This document shows, piece after piece, positions 1 through 8,531 of a stretch of 64,000 nucleotides of DNA. Source of the stretch: Pseudomonadota bacterium. GTDB taxonomy: Bacteria > Pseudomonadota > Gammaproteobacteria > Xanthomonadales > Rhodanobacteraceae. The stretch spans positions 45,022 through 109,021 of the forward strand of contig JBEHYO010000001.1 of NCBI GenBank assembly GCA_048498135.1. The letters are read 5' to 3'. How positions within the stretch are numbered: position 1 is the stretch's first letter; every line of letters starts with the position of its first letter. A program made the position numbers and the translations under genes. Under the pieces are notes generated by a model that saw only the letters and a program-made list of their open reading frames with translations, was not told the DNA's origin and did no database searches.

Positions 1-1824
1 CGCGTGCGCGAGCAATCGTACGAAGCGCTGGTCGCCGATCCGGACGGCGAATCGCGCGCGCTGCTCGCCTTCGCCGGTCTCGCGTTCGATCCGGCCGTGC
101 TGCGCTTCCATGAAGCCGGACGCAGCGTACGCACCGCGAGCGCCGCGCAGGTGCGCGAGCCATTGCGCGCCGACACCGCGCGCAGCGCCGCCTACGCCGA
201 CCTGCTCGACCCGCTGCGCCGCATGCTCGCGGCGCGCGAAGACGCGCCGGCCGTCGCATCGGATGAAGCGCGCATCGCCGCCGCGACGCAGCGCGGCGAG
301 CGCGTGCAGGGCCTCGATCCCGACCTCGCGCGCGACGTGCTGCGCGCCGCCGCGCTGCTCGGCAGCGGACGTCCCGACGATGCCGCGCCGCTCGTCGAAC
401 GCGCGCGTGCCGCCGCACCCGCGCACGCCGAAGTGCTGCGCCTGTCGGGCACGCTCGACAGCGCCCGGGGCCGCCACGCCGAAGCGATCGCCGCGCTTCG
501 CAGCGCCGACGCAGCGAAGCCCGGCGACGCCTTGATCCTCAACACGCTCGGCGCGGCCGAGGCCGCCGCCGGCGAAACCGATCGCGCGCTCGCGACGTTC
601 GTGCGCGCAGCCGCGGCCGATCCGCGCTTCGCCGGCGCCCGCTACAACCTCGGCACGCTGCTGGCGACACGCGGCGACGTCGATGCCGCGCGGGCCGCGT
701 TCGAGGAAGCCGTCGCGATCGATCCCGCCTTCACGCCCGCGCGCGTCGCGCTCGCCGGCGTGCTCATTCGTCTCGACCGCACCGACGAGGCGAAGGCAGC
801 GCTCCGCGCCGCGCTCGCCGGCACGCCCGCGCCCGCCGCCTGGGAAATGCTCGCGGAGATCGCTGCCGGCGAGCTCACCGCCGCCGAGCGCGGCGCGCTC
901 GAAGACGAATACCGGCGCCCGCGACGTTCCACCCAGGAGCGCGCCGGACTGGCCTATGCGCTGGCGAACGTGCTCGAGAGTCGGGCGCAGTATCAGGAAG
1001 CGTTCGCGCTCTTCGCCGAAGCGAACGCGCTGCGCCGGCGCGACATCGAATGGGACGCCGCGCGCCACGCGCGCCGTTGCGAGCGCATCCTCGAAGCGTT
1101 CCCTGCGCATCCCGAGATCACGTCGACGTCGACGCTCGGCGAAGGCTGCATCTTCGTGCTCGGCCTGCCCGACGACGTCGCGGCCGCCGTCGCGCGCGTG
1201 CTGCGCGCGCATCCGTCGATCGGCCATGCGGGCGCACCGGATCCGGCGCGCCGGATCGCCGCCGAATCCGACCGGCGCCAGCAGACGTTCGCGCAGTGGG
1301 CGCGGCAGGCGACGCCCGCCGAGTGGCTGCGCCTCGGCCGCGAATACCTGGCCGAGCCGACGCCAGCCGGCGCAGGCTCGCATCGACTGTTCGATGCCGC
1401 CGCGCTTCGCCCCGAGCTTGCCGGCGCAATCGCGGCGATGCTGCCGGCCGCGCGCTTCGTCGCGATCGGCAACGACGCGCTCGAAAGCTGCTGGTCGTGC
1501 TTCCGCGCCGATTTTCACGACGGCGAACGCTACAGCGCCGATCTGGCCGAGCTCGCGCACTATCATCGCGACTTCGAACGGCTGCTCGCGCGCTGGCAGG
1601 CGCGATTCGGCGCTCGCATCCACCGCGTCGATGCCGATGCGTTGCGCAGCGATTCCACGGGCGCGATCGCGGCACTCTTCGCGCACTGCGGCCTCGATGC
1701 CGCCGACGCCGCGCCGTCGGCCGATCTGCTGCGCCTTCGCGCGCATCCCGAAGCGCGTGTCTACGGCGATCTTCTGAAGCCTCTCGCGCGCATGCTCGCC
1801 GCGCAGCCCGCCGAGAACGCGTAG
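1..1824 (+). CDS. TPR/sulfotransferase-family protein, 5'-partial: the C-terminal tail of an upstream sulfotransferase module is fused in frame to a second, motif-degenerate TPR + sulfotransferase-like module
   Basis: The frame is open from base 1 (ORF track 4..1824). The first ~75 aa (YEALVADPDGE...FDPAVLRFHEAGRSVRTASAAQVREPLRADTARSAAYADLLDPLRRML) match the C-terminal ends of the five downstream paralogs. No stop follows. The frame continues into TPR-like repeats (HAEVLRLSG..., YNLGTLLATRGDVDAARAAFEEAVAIDP) and then a sulfotransferase-like half with altered motifs: GLPDDVAAAV instead of LPRSGSTL, and IGNDALESCWSCF instead of RRDPVETCLSCF. Confidence 0.75.
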   Translation, partial: RVREQSYEALVADPDGESRALLAFAGLAFDPAVLRFHEAGRSVRTASAAQVREPLRADTARSAAYADLLDPLRRMLAAREDAPAVASDEARIAAATQRGERVQGLDPDLARDVLRAAALLGSGRPDDAAPLVERARAAAPAHAEVLRLSGTLDSARGRHAEAIAALRSADAAKPGDALILNTLGAAEAAAGETDRALATFVRAAAADPRFAGARYNLGTLLATRGDVDAARAAFEEAVAIDPAFTPARVALAGVLIRLDRTDEAKAALRAALAGTPAPAAWEMLAEIAAGELTAAERGALEDEYRRPRRSTQERAGLAYALANVLESRAQYQEAFALFAEANALRRRDIEWDAARHARRCERILEAFPAHPEITSTSTLGEGCIFVLGLPDDVAAAVARVLRAHPSIGHAGAPDPARRIAAESDRRQQTFAQWARQATPAEWLRLGREYLAEPTPAGAGSHRLFDAAALRPELAGAIAAMLPAARFVAIGNDALESCWSCFRADFHDGERYSADLAELAHYHRDFERLLARWQARFGARIHRVDADALRSDSTGAIAALFAHCGLDAADAAPSADLLRLRAHPEARVYGDLLKPLARMLAAQPAENA

Positions 1825-1827
1825 ACG

Positions 1828-3459
1828 ATGATCGCAGGCGGCAAGCCGACGCGCACGTTCGCGAACCTGCCCGACGCCGCGCACGCGCAGGCGGGAGATC
1901 GCCTGAGCGGCCTCTCGGCCGACGAGCGCGCCGCGATCGTCGAGGCCTCGCAGCGCATTTCGCGCGGCGAGCTCGGCGTCGCCGAGCAGATGCTGCGCGG
2001 CATCCTCGCGGCGCATCCCGATCACACCGAGACGCTGCGCATGCTGGCGGTCGCATACCAGATCGGCGGCCACACGGGCGAAGCGATCGGCGTCGTGCGG
2101 TACGCGCAGCGCTCGAATCCGTCCGATGCGCTGCTGATGAACACGCTCGGCTCGCTGCTGCAGAGCGCCGGCGACATCGCCGGCGGCGGCGCGGCGTTCC
2201 GGCGCGCCTGCGAGCTCGATCCGAATCTCGCGTCGGCGTGGACGAATCTCGGCACGAACCTGTCGATGCAGTTCGACGTGCGCCAGGCGGAATCCGCCTT
2301 CGCGCGCGCCGTCGAGGTGCAGCCGACAGATGTCGCCGCGCGCATCCTGCATGCGAACGCGCTGAACGCGCTCGGGCGCACCGACGAAAGCATCGCCGAG
2401 TTCCGCGCTGCGATCGCGACGAATCCGCGCTCCGCGCACGCATGGGCGGGGCTGGCCGAGATCAAGACCGTCGCTCTCACGGCCGCTGACGTCGCCGCGC
2501 TCGAACGACTCCTCGCCGATCCCGCCCTCGGCGAGGAAGAGCGCGCCGTCGCGGGCTTCGCGCTCGGACGCGGCCTCGAGGGCCAGCAGCGTTACCCCGA
2601 CGCATTCGCCGCGTTCGCGCGCGCGAATGCCGCGATGCGCAGCCTCATGCCGTGGGATTCGACCGCGCATTCGGCCTACGTCGCCTCGATCGCCGCCGTG
2701 TTCGAAACGTCGCCAGCGATCGCGGGCGACGCCACGCGCGGCAGCGACGTCGTCTTCGTGATCAGCCTCCCGCGCGCGGGCTCGACGCTCGTCGAGCAGA
2801 TCCTCGGCGCGCATCCCGACGTCGAAGGCGCCGGCGAGCTCAACGAGCTCGCGGTCATCGTGCAGGAGGAATCCTCGCGCCGCGGCGAGCCGTATCCCGA
2901 CTGGATCGGCAAGGCGACGCCGGACGATTTCGAGCGCCTCGGCGCGCAGTATCTCGAACGGACCGCGCGCTGGCGCACGACGCGGCGCGTGCACGTCGAC
3001 AAGGCCGTGTTCAACTTTGCATTCGTCGGCGCGATCGCGGCGATGCTGCCCGGCGCGCGCATCGTCAACGTGCGGCGCGATCCGCTCGAGACGGGCTGGT
3101 CGTGCTTCAAGCAGAGCTTCGCGCGCGGCCAGCAGGTGTTCTCGTACGCGCTCGACGACATCGGCGCGTACTGGATCGACTACGACCGGCTGATGTTCTT
3201 CTGGCACGCGCGCTTCCCCGGGCGCATCTACGATCTCTCCTACGAAGCGCTCGTCGCCGCACCCGAGGCCGAGATCCGCCGCCTCCTCGATTTCTGCGCG
3301 CTGCCGTTCGCGGCGAGCTGCCTCAGGTTCCACACGAGCGCGCGCGTCGTCCGCACCGCGAGCGCAGCGCAGGTGCGCCAGCCGATGCGCGTCGATACCG
3401 CGCGCGCCGCGAGCTACGGCGCGCTGCTCGATCCGTTGCGCCGCGCGCTCGGCATGTAG
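1828..3459 (+). CDS. TPR repeat-containing sulfotransferase family protein (paralog 2)
   Basis: ATG lies 3 nt after the previous stop. N-terminal TPRs (HPDHTETLRML..., AWTNLGTNL...). C-terminal sulfotransferase motifs SLPRAGSTLVEQILGAHP, RRDPLETGWSCFKQSF and VRTASAAQVRQPMRVDTAR. Confidence 0.85.
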   Translation: MIAGGKPTRTFANLPDAAHAQAGDRLSGLSADERAAIVEASQRISRGELGVAEQMLRGILAAHPDHTETLRMLAVAYQIGGHTGEAIGVVRYAQRSNPSDALLMNTLGSLLQSAGDIAGGGAAFRRACELDPNLASAWTNLGTNLSMQFDVRQAESAFARAVEVQPTDVAARILHANALNALGRTDESIAEFRAAIATNPRSAHAWAGLAEIKTVALTAADVAALERLLADPALGEEERAVAGFALGRGLEGQQRYPDAFAAFARANAAMRSLMPWDSTAHSAYVASIAAVFETSPAIAGDATRGSDVVFVISLPRAGSTLVEQILGAHPDVEGAGELNELAVIVQEESSRRGEPYPDWIGKATPDDFERLGAQYLERTARWRTTRRVHVDKAVFNFAFVGAIAAMLPGARIVNVRRDPLETGWSCFKQSFARGQQVFSYALDDIGAYWIDYDRLMFFWHARFPGRIYDLSYEALVAAPEAEIRRLLDFCALPFAASCLRFHTSARVVRTASAAQVRQPMRVDTARAASYGALLDPLRRALGM

Positions 3460-3535
3460 CGCCGCGCCGGCGCCCGGCTGGACAAAAGCGGCTCCAGCGG
3501 CAATTCTTGCCGGCACGTTCGTCCCGATACCCACG

Positions 3536-5173
3536 ATGACCACCTCCGCAAGCGCCGGCAGACCGGCTCCCGCCGACGATGCCGCGGCAGCGCGATTCGA
3601 TCGCGCCGAAGGCCTTTCCGAAAGCGGGCGTCGCCTCCTGCAGCAGGCGGCCGAAAGCATCCGCCAGCGCCAGCCCGATGCTGCCGAGGCGCATCTCGCC
3701 TCCGTCGGCGCGCTGGCGCCTGCGCATCCGGAAGTGCTGCGCCTGCGCGCGCTCGTCGCGCAGATCCGCGGCAAGCACGAAGACGCGGTGACGCTCCTTC
3801 GCCGCGTCGTCGAAGCGACGCCCTACGATGCGCTGCCGTGGAACAACATCGGCACCTCGTTCGCCGAAACCGGCGATCTCGACGCGGCGATCGCGGCGTT
3901 CAGGCGCGCGGCCGAGCTCGCGCCCCGGCGCGCCGCGCCGTGGTTCAATCTCGGCCGCGCGCTCGACAGCGCCGGCCGCATCGACGAGGCGCACGAGGCG
4001 CTGACGAACGCGCTTGCGCACGATCCCGGGCACGTCGCCGCACGCTTGACGCTCGGGCGCGTCCTGCAGTTCATGGGCCGCATCGACGAAGCGGAAGCCG
4101 AGTTCCGGCGCGTGCTCGCCGCGCATCCGGATTCCGCGCTCGCCTGGTATGGCCTTTCGACCGTGCGCACGGCGCGCTTCGACGCCGACGAGACGCGCAC
4201 GATCGAGCGCGTCTACGGGCGCGGCGATCTCACGCGCGAGGAGCGCATCGGCGCGGGCTTCGCGCTCGCCAAGGCGCTCGAAGATCAGCAGCGCTACGGC
4301 GAAGCATTTGCCGTGCTGACCGCGGCGAACGCGACCAAGCGCCGCACGCTGCTGTGGGATGCGCGCGCCTTCGCGTATCACACGACCAATATCGCGACGG
4401 CGTTCGCCAGACCCGCCGCGACCAGCGCGCCGCCCGATCTCGGCAGCGAAGTCATCTTCGTGTTCGGCCTGCCGCGCTCGGGCTCGACGCTGGTCGAGCA
4501 GATTCTCGCCGCGCATCCCTCGGTGACCGGCGCGAACGAGCTCGACGAGCTCAATCTCGTCATCGCCGACGAATCGCGCCGGCGCCGCAAGCCGTTCCCG
4601 ATCTGGGTGCCGGACGCCGGTCCCGGCGACTGGGAGCGGCTCGGCCGCGACTATCTCGCGCGCACGGCGCGCTGGCGCGAGGAGCGCCCGGTCTTCACCG
4701 ACAAGGGCCTCACGAACTGGGGTTACGTCGGCGCGCTCGAAGCGATGCTGCCCGGCGCGCGCCTCGTGAACACGCGCCGCGATCCGGTCGAGAACTGCCT
4801 CGCGTGTTTTCGCCAGTCGTTCGCGCGCGAGCTCGGCTTCACGTACGACCTGGCCGAGATGGCCGCGTTCTGGCGCGACTACGACCGTCTCATGCGGCTC
4901 TGGCAGCAGCGCTATCCCGGCCGGATCCACGACGTCGTTCATGAGCGGCTCGTCGTGGAACCGGAAGCCGAGATCCGCGCGCTGCTCGCATCGTGCGGCC
5001 TCGCGTTCGACGCGGCGTGCCTGCGCTTCCACGAGGTCGAGCGCAACGTGCGCACCGCGAGCGCGGCGCAGGTGCGCCAGCCGCTCCGCGCCGACACCGC
5101 GCGCGCGTCCCGCTACGGCACGCTGCTCGATCCGCTGCGCGCGATGCTGGCCGAGGCGCCCGCGCCGCACTGA
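3536..5173 (+). CDS. TPR repeat-containing sulfotransferase family protein (paralog 3)
   Basis: 545-aa ORF. TPRs (HPEVLRLRALVAQIRGKHEDA, PWFNLGRALDSAGRIDEA). Motifs GLPRSGSTLVEQILAAHP, RRDPVENCLACFRQSF and VRTASAAQVRQPLRADTAR. Confidence 0.85.
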   Translation: MTTSASAGRPAPADDAAAARFDRAEGLSESGRRLLQQAAESIRQRQPDAAEAHLASVGALAPAHPEVLRLRALVAQIRGKHEDAVTLLRRVVEATPYDALPWNNIGTSFAETGDLDAAIAAFRRAAELAPRRAAPWFNLGRALDSAGRIDEAHEALTNALAHDPGHVAARLTLGRVLQFMGRIDEAEAEFRRVLAAHPDSALAWYGLSTVRTARFDADETRTIERVYGRGDLTREERIGAGFALAKALEDQQRYGEAFAVLTAANATKRRTLLWDARAFAYHTTNIATAFARPAATSAPPDLGSEVIFVFGLPRSGSTLVEQILAAHPSVTGANELDELNLVIADESRRRRKPFPIWVPDAGPGDWERLGRDYLARTARWREERPVFTDKGLTNWGYVGALEAMLPGARLVNTRRDPVENCLACFRQSFARELGFTYDLAEMAAFWRDYDRLMRLWQQRYPGRIHDVVHERLVVEPEAEIRALLASCGLAFDAACLRFHEVERNVRTASAAQVRQPLRADTARASRYGTLLDPLRAMLAEAPAPH

Positions 5174-5221
5174 GCCGGGCGTTTGCTAAGCTCGCGCTCC
5201 GACATTTCGACCGATTCGACG

Positions 5222-6859
5222 ATGAGCCTTCCCGAAACCGAGGCGCCGCCCCAGGCGACGCGCGATGCGGACGCGCCGGCGCAGCTCGACGTGCGCTTCG
5301 CCGACTTGCCGCTGCGCGCGCAACGACTCCTGCGCGATGCGCGGCGCGCCCTCGACGCACGCGACATGCGGCAGGCCGATGCGCTGCTGGAGCGCGGCAA
5401 GAGCTGGGCCGGCGATCATCCGGAATACCTTCGCCTGTTCGCGATCGCGCGCCAGCTGCAGGGCCGCCCCGCCGAGGCGGTCGCGGCGCTGCGCCGCGCG
5501 CTCGAAATACGGCCGGGCGACGCGCTCCTGCTGATGAACCTCGGCACCGCGCTGCGCGGCGCGGGCGATCTCGACGCGGCGGTCGTCGCGCTGCGCCGCG
5601 CCTGCGAGCTCGCGCCCGACCTTGCTGCCGCCTGGTACAACCTCGGCCGCACGCTCGGCCAGGCCGGGCGCACCGGCGAGGGACACGAGGCCTACGAACG
5701 TGCGCTCCGCCTCGATCCCGGTCACGTCCGCGCGCGCATCGGCCTCGCCGACACGCTGCGCACGTTCGGCCGCATCGACGACGCCGCGAAGGAATACCGC
5801 AGCGTGCTCGGCAAGCCGGGCTCGATGCAGGCGTGGCTGCGCATCGCGAACATGAAGACGGTGCGCTTCACGGCCGAGGAGACGAAGGACCTCGAGCGGC
5901 TCTTCGCGATGCCTGGCACGAGCGACGACGATCGCGTCGTCGTCGGCTTCGCGCTCGCCAAGGCGCTCGAGGACGCGAACCGCTATCCCGAAGCGTTCAC
6001 CGTGCTCAGCACCGCGAATGCGATCAAGCGCCGCCACGTGCAGTGGGACGCGCACCAGTTCAGCGATCGCATCGACGGCATCATGAAGGCGTTCGCGCAG
6101 CCGCCCGCGAGCGCGTCGCCGCCCGACCTCGGCCACGAAGTCATCTTCATCGTGAGCCTGCCGCGCTCGGGCTCGACGCTGACCGAGCAGATCCTCGCCT
6201 CGCATCCCGACGTCGAAGGCGCCAACGAGCTGCCCGATCTCGGCAACGTGCTCGAAGCGGAATCCAGGCGCACCGGCCTCGAGTTTCCGGACTGGGTGCC
6301 GAAGGCGACGCCGGAGGACTGGCGCCGCATGGGCGAGTCGTACCTCGAGCGCACCGCGCGCTTTCGCCGCGAACGCGGCCGTTCCACGGACAAGGCGCTT
6401 TCGAATTGGCGCGTCATCGGCGCCGCGATGGCGATGCTGCCCGGCGCACGCTTCGTGAATTGCCGGCGCGATCCGGTCGAGACGTGCCTGTCGTGCTTCC
6501 GCCAGGTGTTCTCGCGCGGCCAGGCGTTCACGTACGACCTTTCCGATCTCGCCGCCTACTGGCGCGACTACGACCGCACGATGCGCTTCTGGCATCCGCG
6601 CTATCCGCACGCGGTGCGCGATCAGGTCTATGAAAAGCTGCTCGCGGATCCCGAAGCTGAGACGCGCGCGTTGCTGCAGTTCTGCGGGCTCGAATGGGAT
6701 CCGGCCTGCCTTCGCTTCTACGAGACGCCGCGCCACGTGCGCACGATCAGCGCCGCGCAGGTGCGCGAGCCGCTGCGCGGCGACACCGCGCGCGCGCCGC
6801 TGTATCGCGAACTATTGACGCCGCTGCGCCTCGCACTCGGTATCCGCCGAGAGCAATGA
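5222..6859 (+). CDS. TPR repeat-containing sulfotransferase family protein (paralog 4)
   Basis: The ORF track frame is 5183..6859 with a TTG start. The first ATG is at 5222 (MSLPETEAPP...). Motifs HPEYLRL, AWYNLGRTLGQAGR, SLPRSGSTLTEQILASHP, RRDPVETCLSCFRQVF and VRTISAAQVREPLRGDTAR. The start is ambiguous (5183 or 5222). Confidence 0.8.
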   Translation: MSLPETEAPPQATRDADAPAQLDVRFADLPLRAQRLLRDARRALDARDMRQADALLERGKSWAGDHPEYLRLFAIARQLQGRPAEAVAALRRALEIRPGDALLLMNLGTALRGAGDLDAAVVALRRACELAPDLAAAWYNLGRTLGQAGRTGEGHEAYERALRLDPGHVRARIGLADTLRTFGRIDDAAKEYRSVLGKPGSMQAWLRIANMKTVRFTAEETKDLERLFAMPGTSDDDRVVVGFALAKALEDANRYPEAFTVLSTANAIKRRHVQWDAHQFSDRIDGIMKAFAQPPASASPPDLGHEVIFIVSLPRSGSTLTEQILASHPDVEGANELPDLGNVLEAESRRTGLEFPDWVPKATPEDWRRMGESYLERTARFRRERGRSTDKALSNWRVIGAAMAMLPGARFVNCRRDPVETCLSCFRQVFSRGQAFTYDLSDLAAYWRDYDRTMRFWHPRYPHAVRDQVYEKLLADPEAETRALLQFCGLEWDPACLRFYETPRHVRTISAAQVREPLRGDTARAPLYRELLTPLRLALGIRREQ

Positions 6860-6863
6860 CCGC

Positions 6864-8531
6864 ATGGCCGACGAACGTACCGGGAGCGCGACACCGTCGA
6901 ACAGGCCGTGGCAGGCCAACGTTCGCATCGACCGCGCAGCCGTGCCGGCCGACCGCGCGATGAATCCGCGCATCGCCGGGCTGCCGCAGCGCGCGCAGAG
7001 GCTTTTCGTCCGCGCCGAACGCTGGATCGAGCGGCGCGAGTTCGACGTCGCCGAGCGCATGCTGCGCGAAGCGCTCGACGCCGCGCCGGGCCACGCCGAG
7101 GTGTTGCGGCTGCTGGCCGTCACGCAGCACGTGCGCCAGCGCTATCCGCAGGCGATCGAGCTGTTGCGCCGTGCCGAGGCCGCGCAGCCGGCCGACGCGC
7201 TGATCCAGAACAATCTCGGCAGCGCGCTCGCCGAAATGCGCGACATGGACGGCGCAATCGCCGCATTCCGCCGCGCGACCGAGCTTGCACCCGAGATTCC
7301 GACGTCGTGGTTCAACCTCGGCAAAGCCTACGAGGCGACGCTGCGTCACGACGACGCCGAAGCGGCGTATGCACGAGCGATCGCCGTCGATCCGGACGGC
7401 TTCCCGGCCTACGAGCAGCGCGGCAAAGCGCTCCGCGCGATGGGCCGCATCGACGAAGCCGCGGCCCAGTTCCGTCGCGCGATCGAGCTCGCGCCGACAT
7501 CGGCCGAAGCGTGGGCCGGCCTCGCCGGGCTCGACGCATCGAAGCTCGACGATGGCGATGTCGCGCGGATCGCGGCGCTTTATGCGCGCCGCGACCTCAC
7601 GACATCCTCGCATTGCCTGTTCGGCCTTGCCTACGCGCTCGCGCTCGAAGCGCGCGGCCGCTATCGGGAGGCGTTCGACACGACGCTTGCCGTGCACGCG
7701 ATCCGTCGCCGGCAGAACGGCTGGAACGCGGCCGACGCGAGCCGCGTCGTCGACGACATCGCGGATGCGTTTGCCGCACCGGCAGCCGGCGCCGGCGATG
7801 CGTCGCTCGGCAGCGAGGTGATCTTCATCGTCGGCATGCCGCGCTCGGGCTCCACGCTCGCCGAGCAGATTCTCGCCGCGCACTCGCAGGTGCAGGGCGC
7901 GGGCGAGCTGAGCGCATTGCCGGACATCATCCGCGAGGAATCGGCACGCCGCGGCGTCGATTTCCCGCATTGGGTCGACGATGCGACGCCGGACGACTGG
8001 TCGCGACTCGGCCGCGAATACCTTGCACGCACGGCGCGCTGGCGCACGACGCACGCGCGTTCCACCGACAAGAACCTCCAGAACTGGCAGCTCGTCGGCG
8101 CGATCCGCGCCATGTTGCCGGGCGCACGCATCGTCGATTGCCGGCGCGACGCGCTCGAAGCCGCGTGGAGCGCCCTCAAGCTCCAGTACGGCAACGTGCT
8201 GCCGTTCACCTGCGGCATCGACGAGATCGCGAGCTGGCGACGCGACTACGAGCGGCTGATGCGCCACTGGGATGCGATCGCGCCCGGCGCGGTGCTGCGC
8301 TTCGAGTACGAGGCGCTTGTCGCCGAGCCTGACGCACGCATCCGCGCATTGCTCGATTTCTGCGTCCTTCCGTTCGATGCGGCGTGCCTCGCGTTCCACG
8401 ACGTCCAGCGCGATGTGCACACGGCGAGCGCGGCGCAGGTCCGTTCGCCGCTGCGTCGCGATACCGCGCGCGCGGAGCGCTACGGCGCGGTGCTGGATCC
8501 GCTCAGGGCCGCGCTCGGATCGCCTGCGTGA
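6864..8531 (+). CDS. TPR repeat-containing sulfotransferase family protein (paralog 5, divergent 3' motif)
   Basis: ATG lies 4 nt after the previous stop. Motifs GHAEVLRLLAV, SWFNLGKAYEA, GMPRSGSTLAEQILAAHS and VHTASAAQVRSPLRRDTAR. The second PAPS-type motif is altered (RRDALEAAWSALKLQY). Confidence 0.85.
   Translation: MADERTGSATPSNRPWQANVRIDRAAVPADRAMNPRIAGLPQRAQRLFVRAERWIERREFDVAERMLREALDAAPGHAEVLRLLAVTQHVRQRYPQAIELLRRAEAAQPADALIQNNLGSALAEMRDMDGAIAAFRRATELAPEIPTSWFNLGKAYEATLRHDDAEAAYARAIAVDPDGFPAYEQRGKALRAMGRIDEAAAQFRRAIELAPTSAEAWAGLAGLDASKLDDGDVARIAALYARRDLTTSSHCLFGLAYALALEARGRYREAFDTTLAVHAIRRRQNGWNAADASRVVDDIADAFAAPAAGAGDASLGSEVIFIVGMPRSGSTLAEQILAAHSQVQGAGELSALPDIIREESARRGVDFPHWVDDATPDDWSRLGREYLARTARWRTTHARSTDKNLQNWQLVGAIRAMLPGARIVDCRRDALEAAWSALKLQYGNVLPFTCGIDEIASWRRDYERLMRHWDAIAPGAVLRFEYEALVAEPDARIRALLDFCVLPFDAACLAFHDVQRDVHTASAAQVRSPLRRDTARAERYGAVLDPLRAALGSPA

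Noticed and set aside
8384-8527. The upstream start at 8384 for sulfotransferase paralog 6, which would overlap paralog 5 by 148 nt.
   Set aside because: The extra N-terminal residues (MPRVPRRPARCAHGERGAG...) are shadow-like and absent from the other paralogs. GTG 8528 gives a GTGA coupling and an N-terminus of the same length as its siblings.
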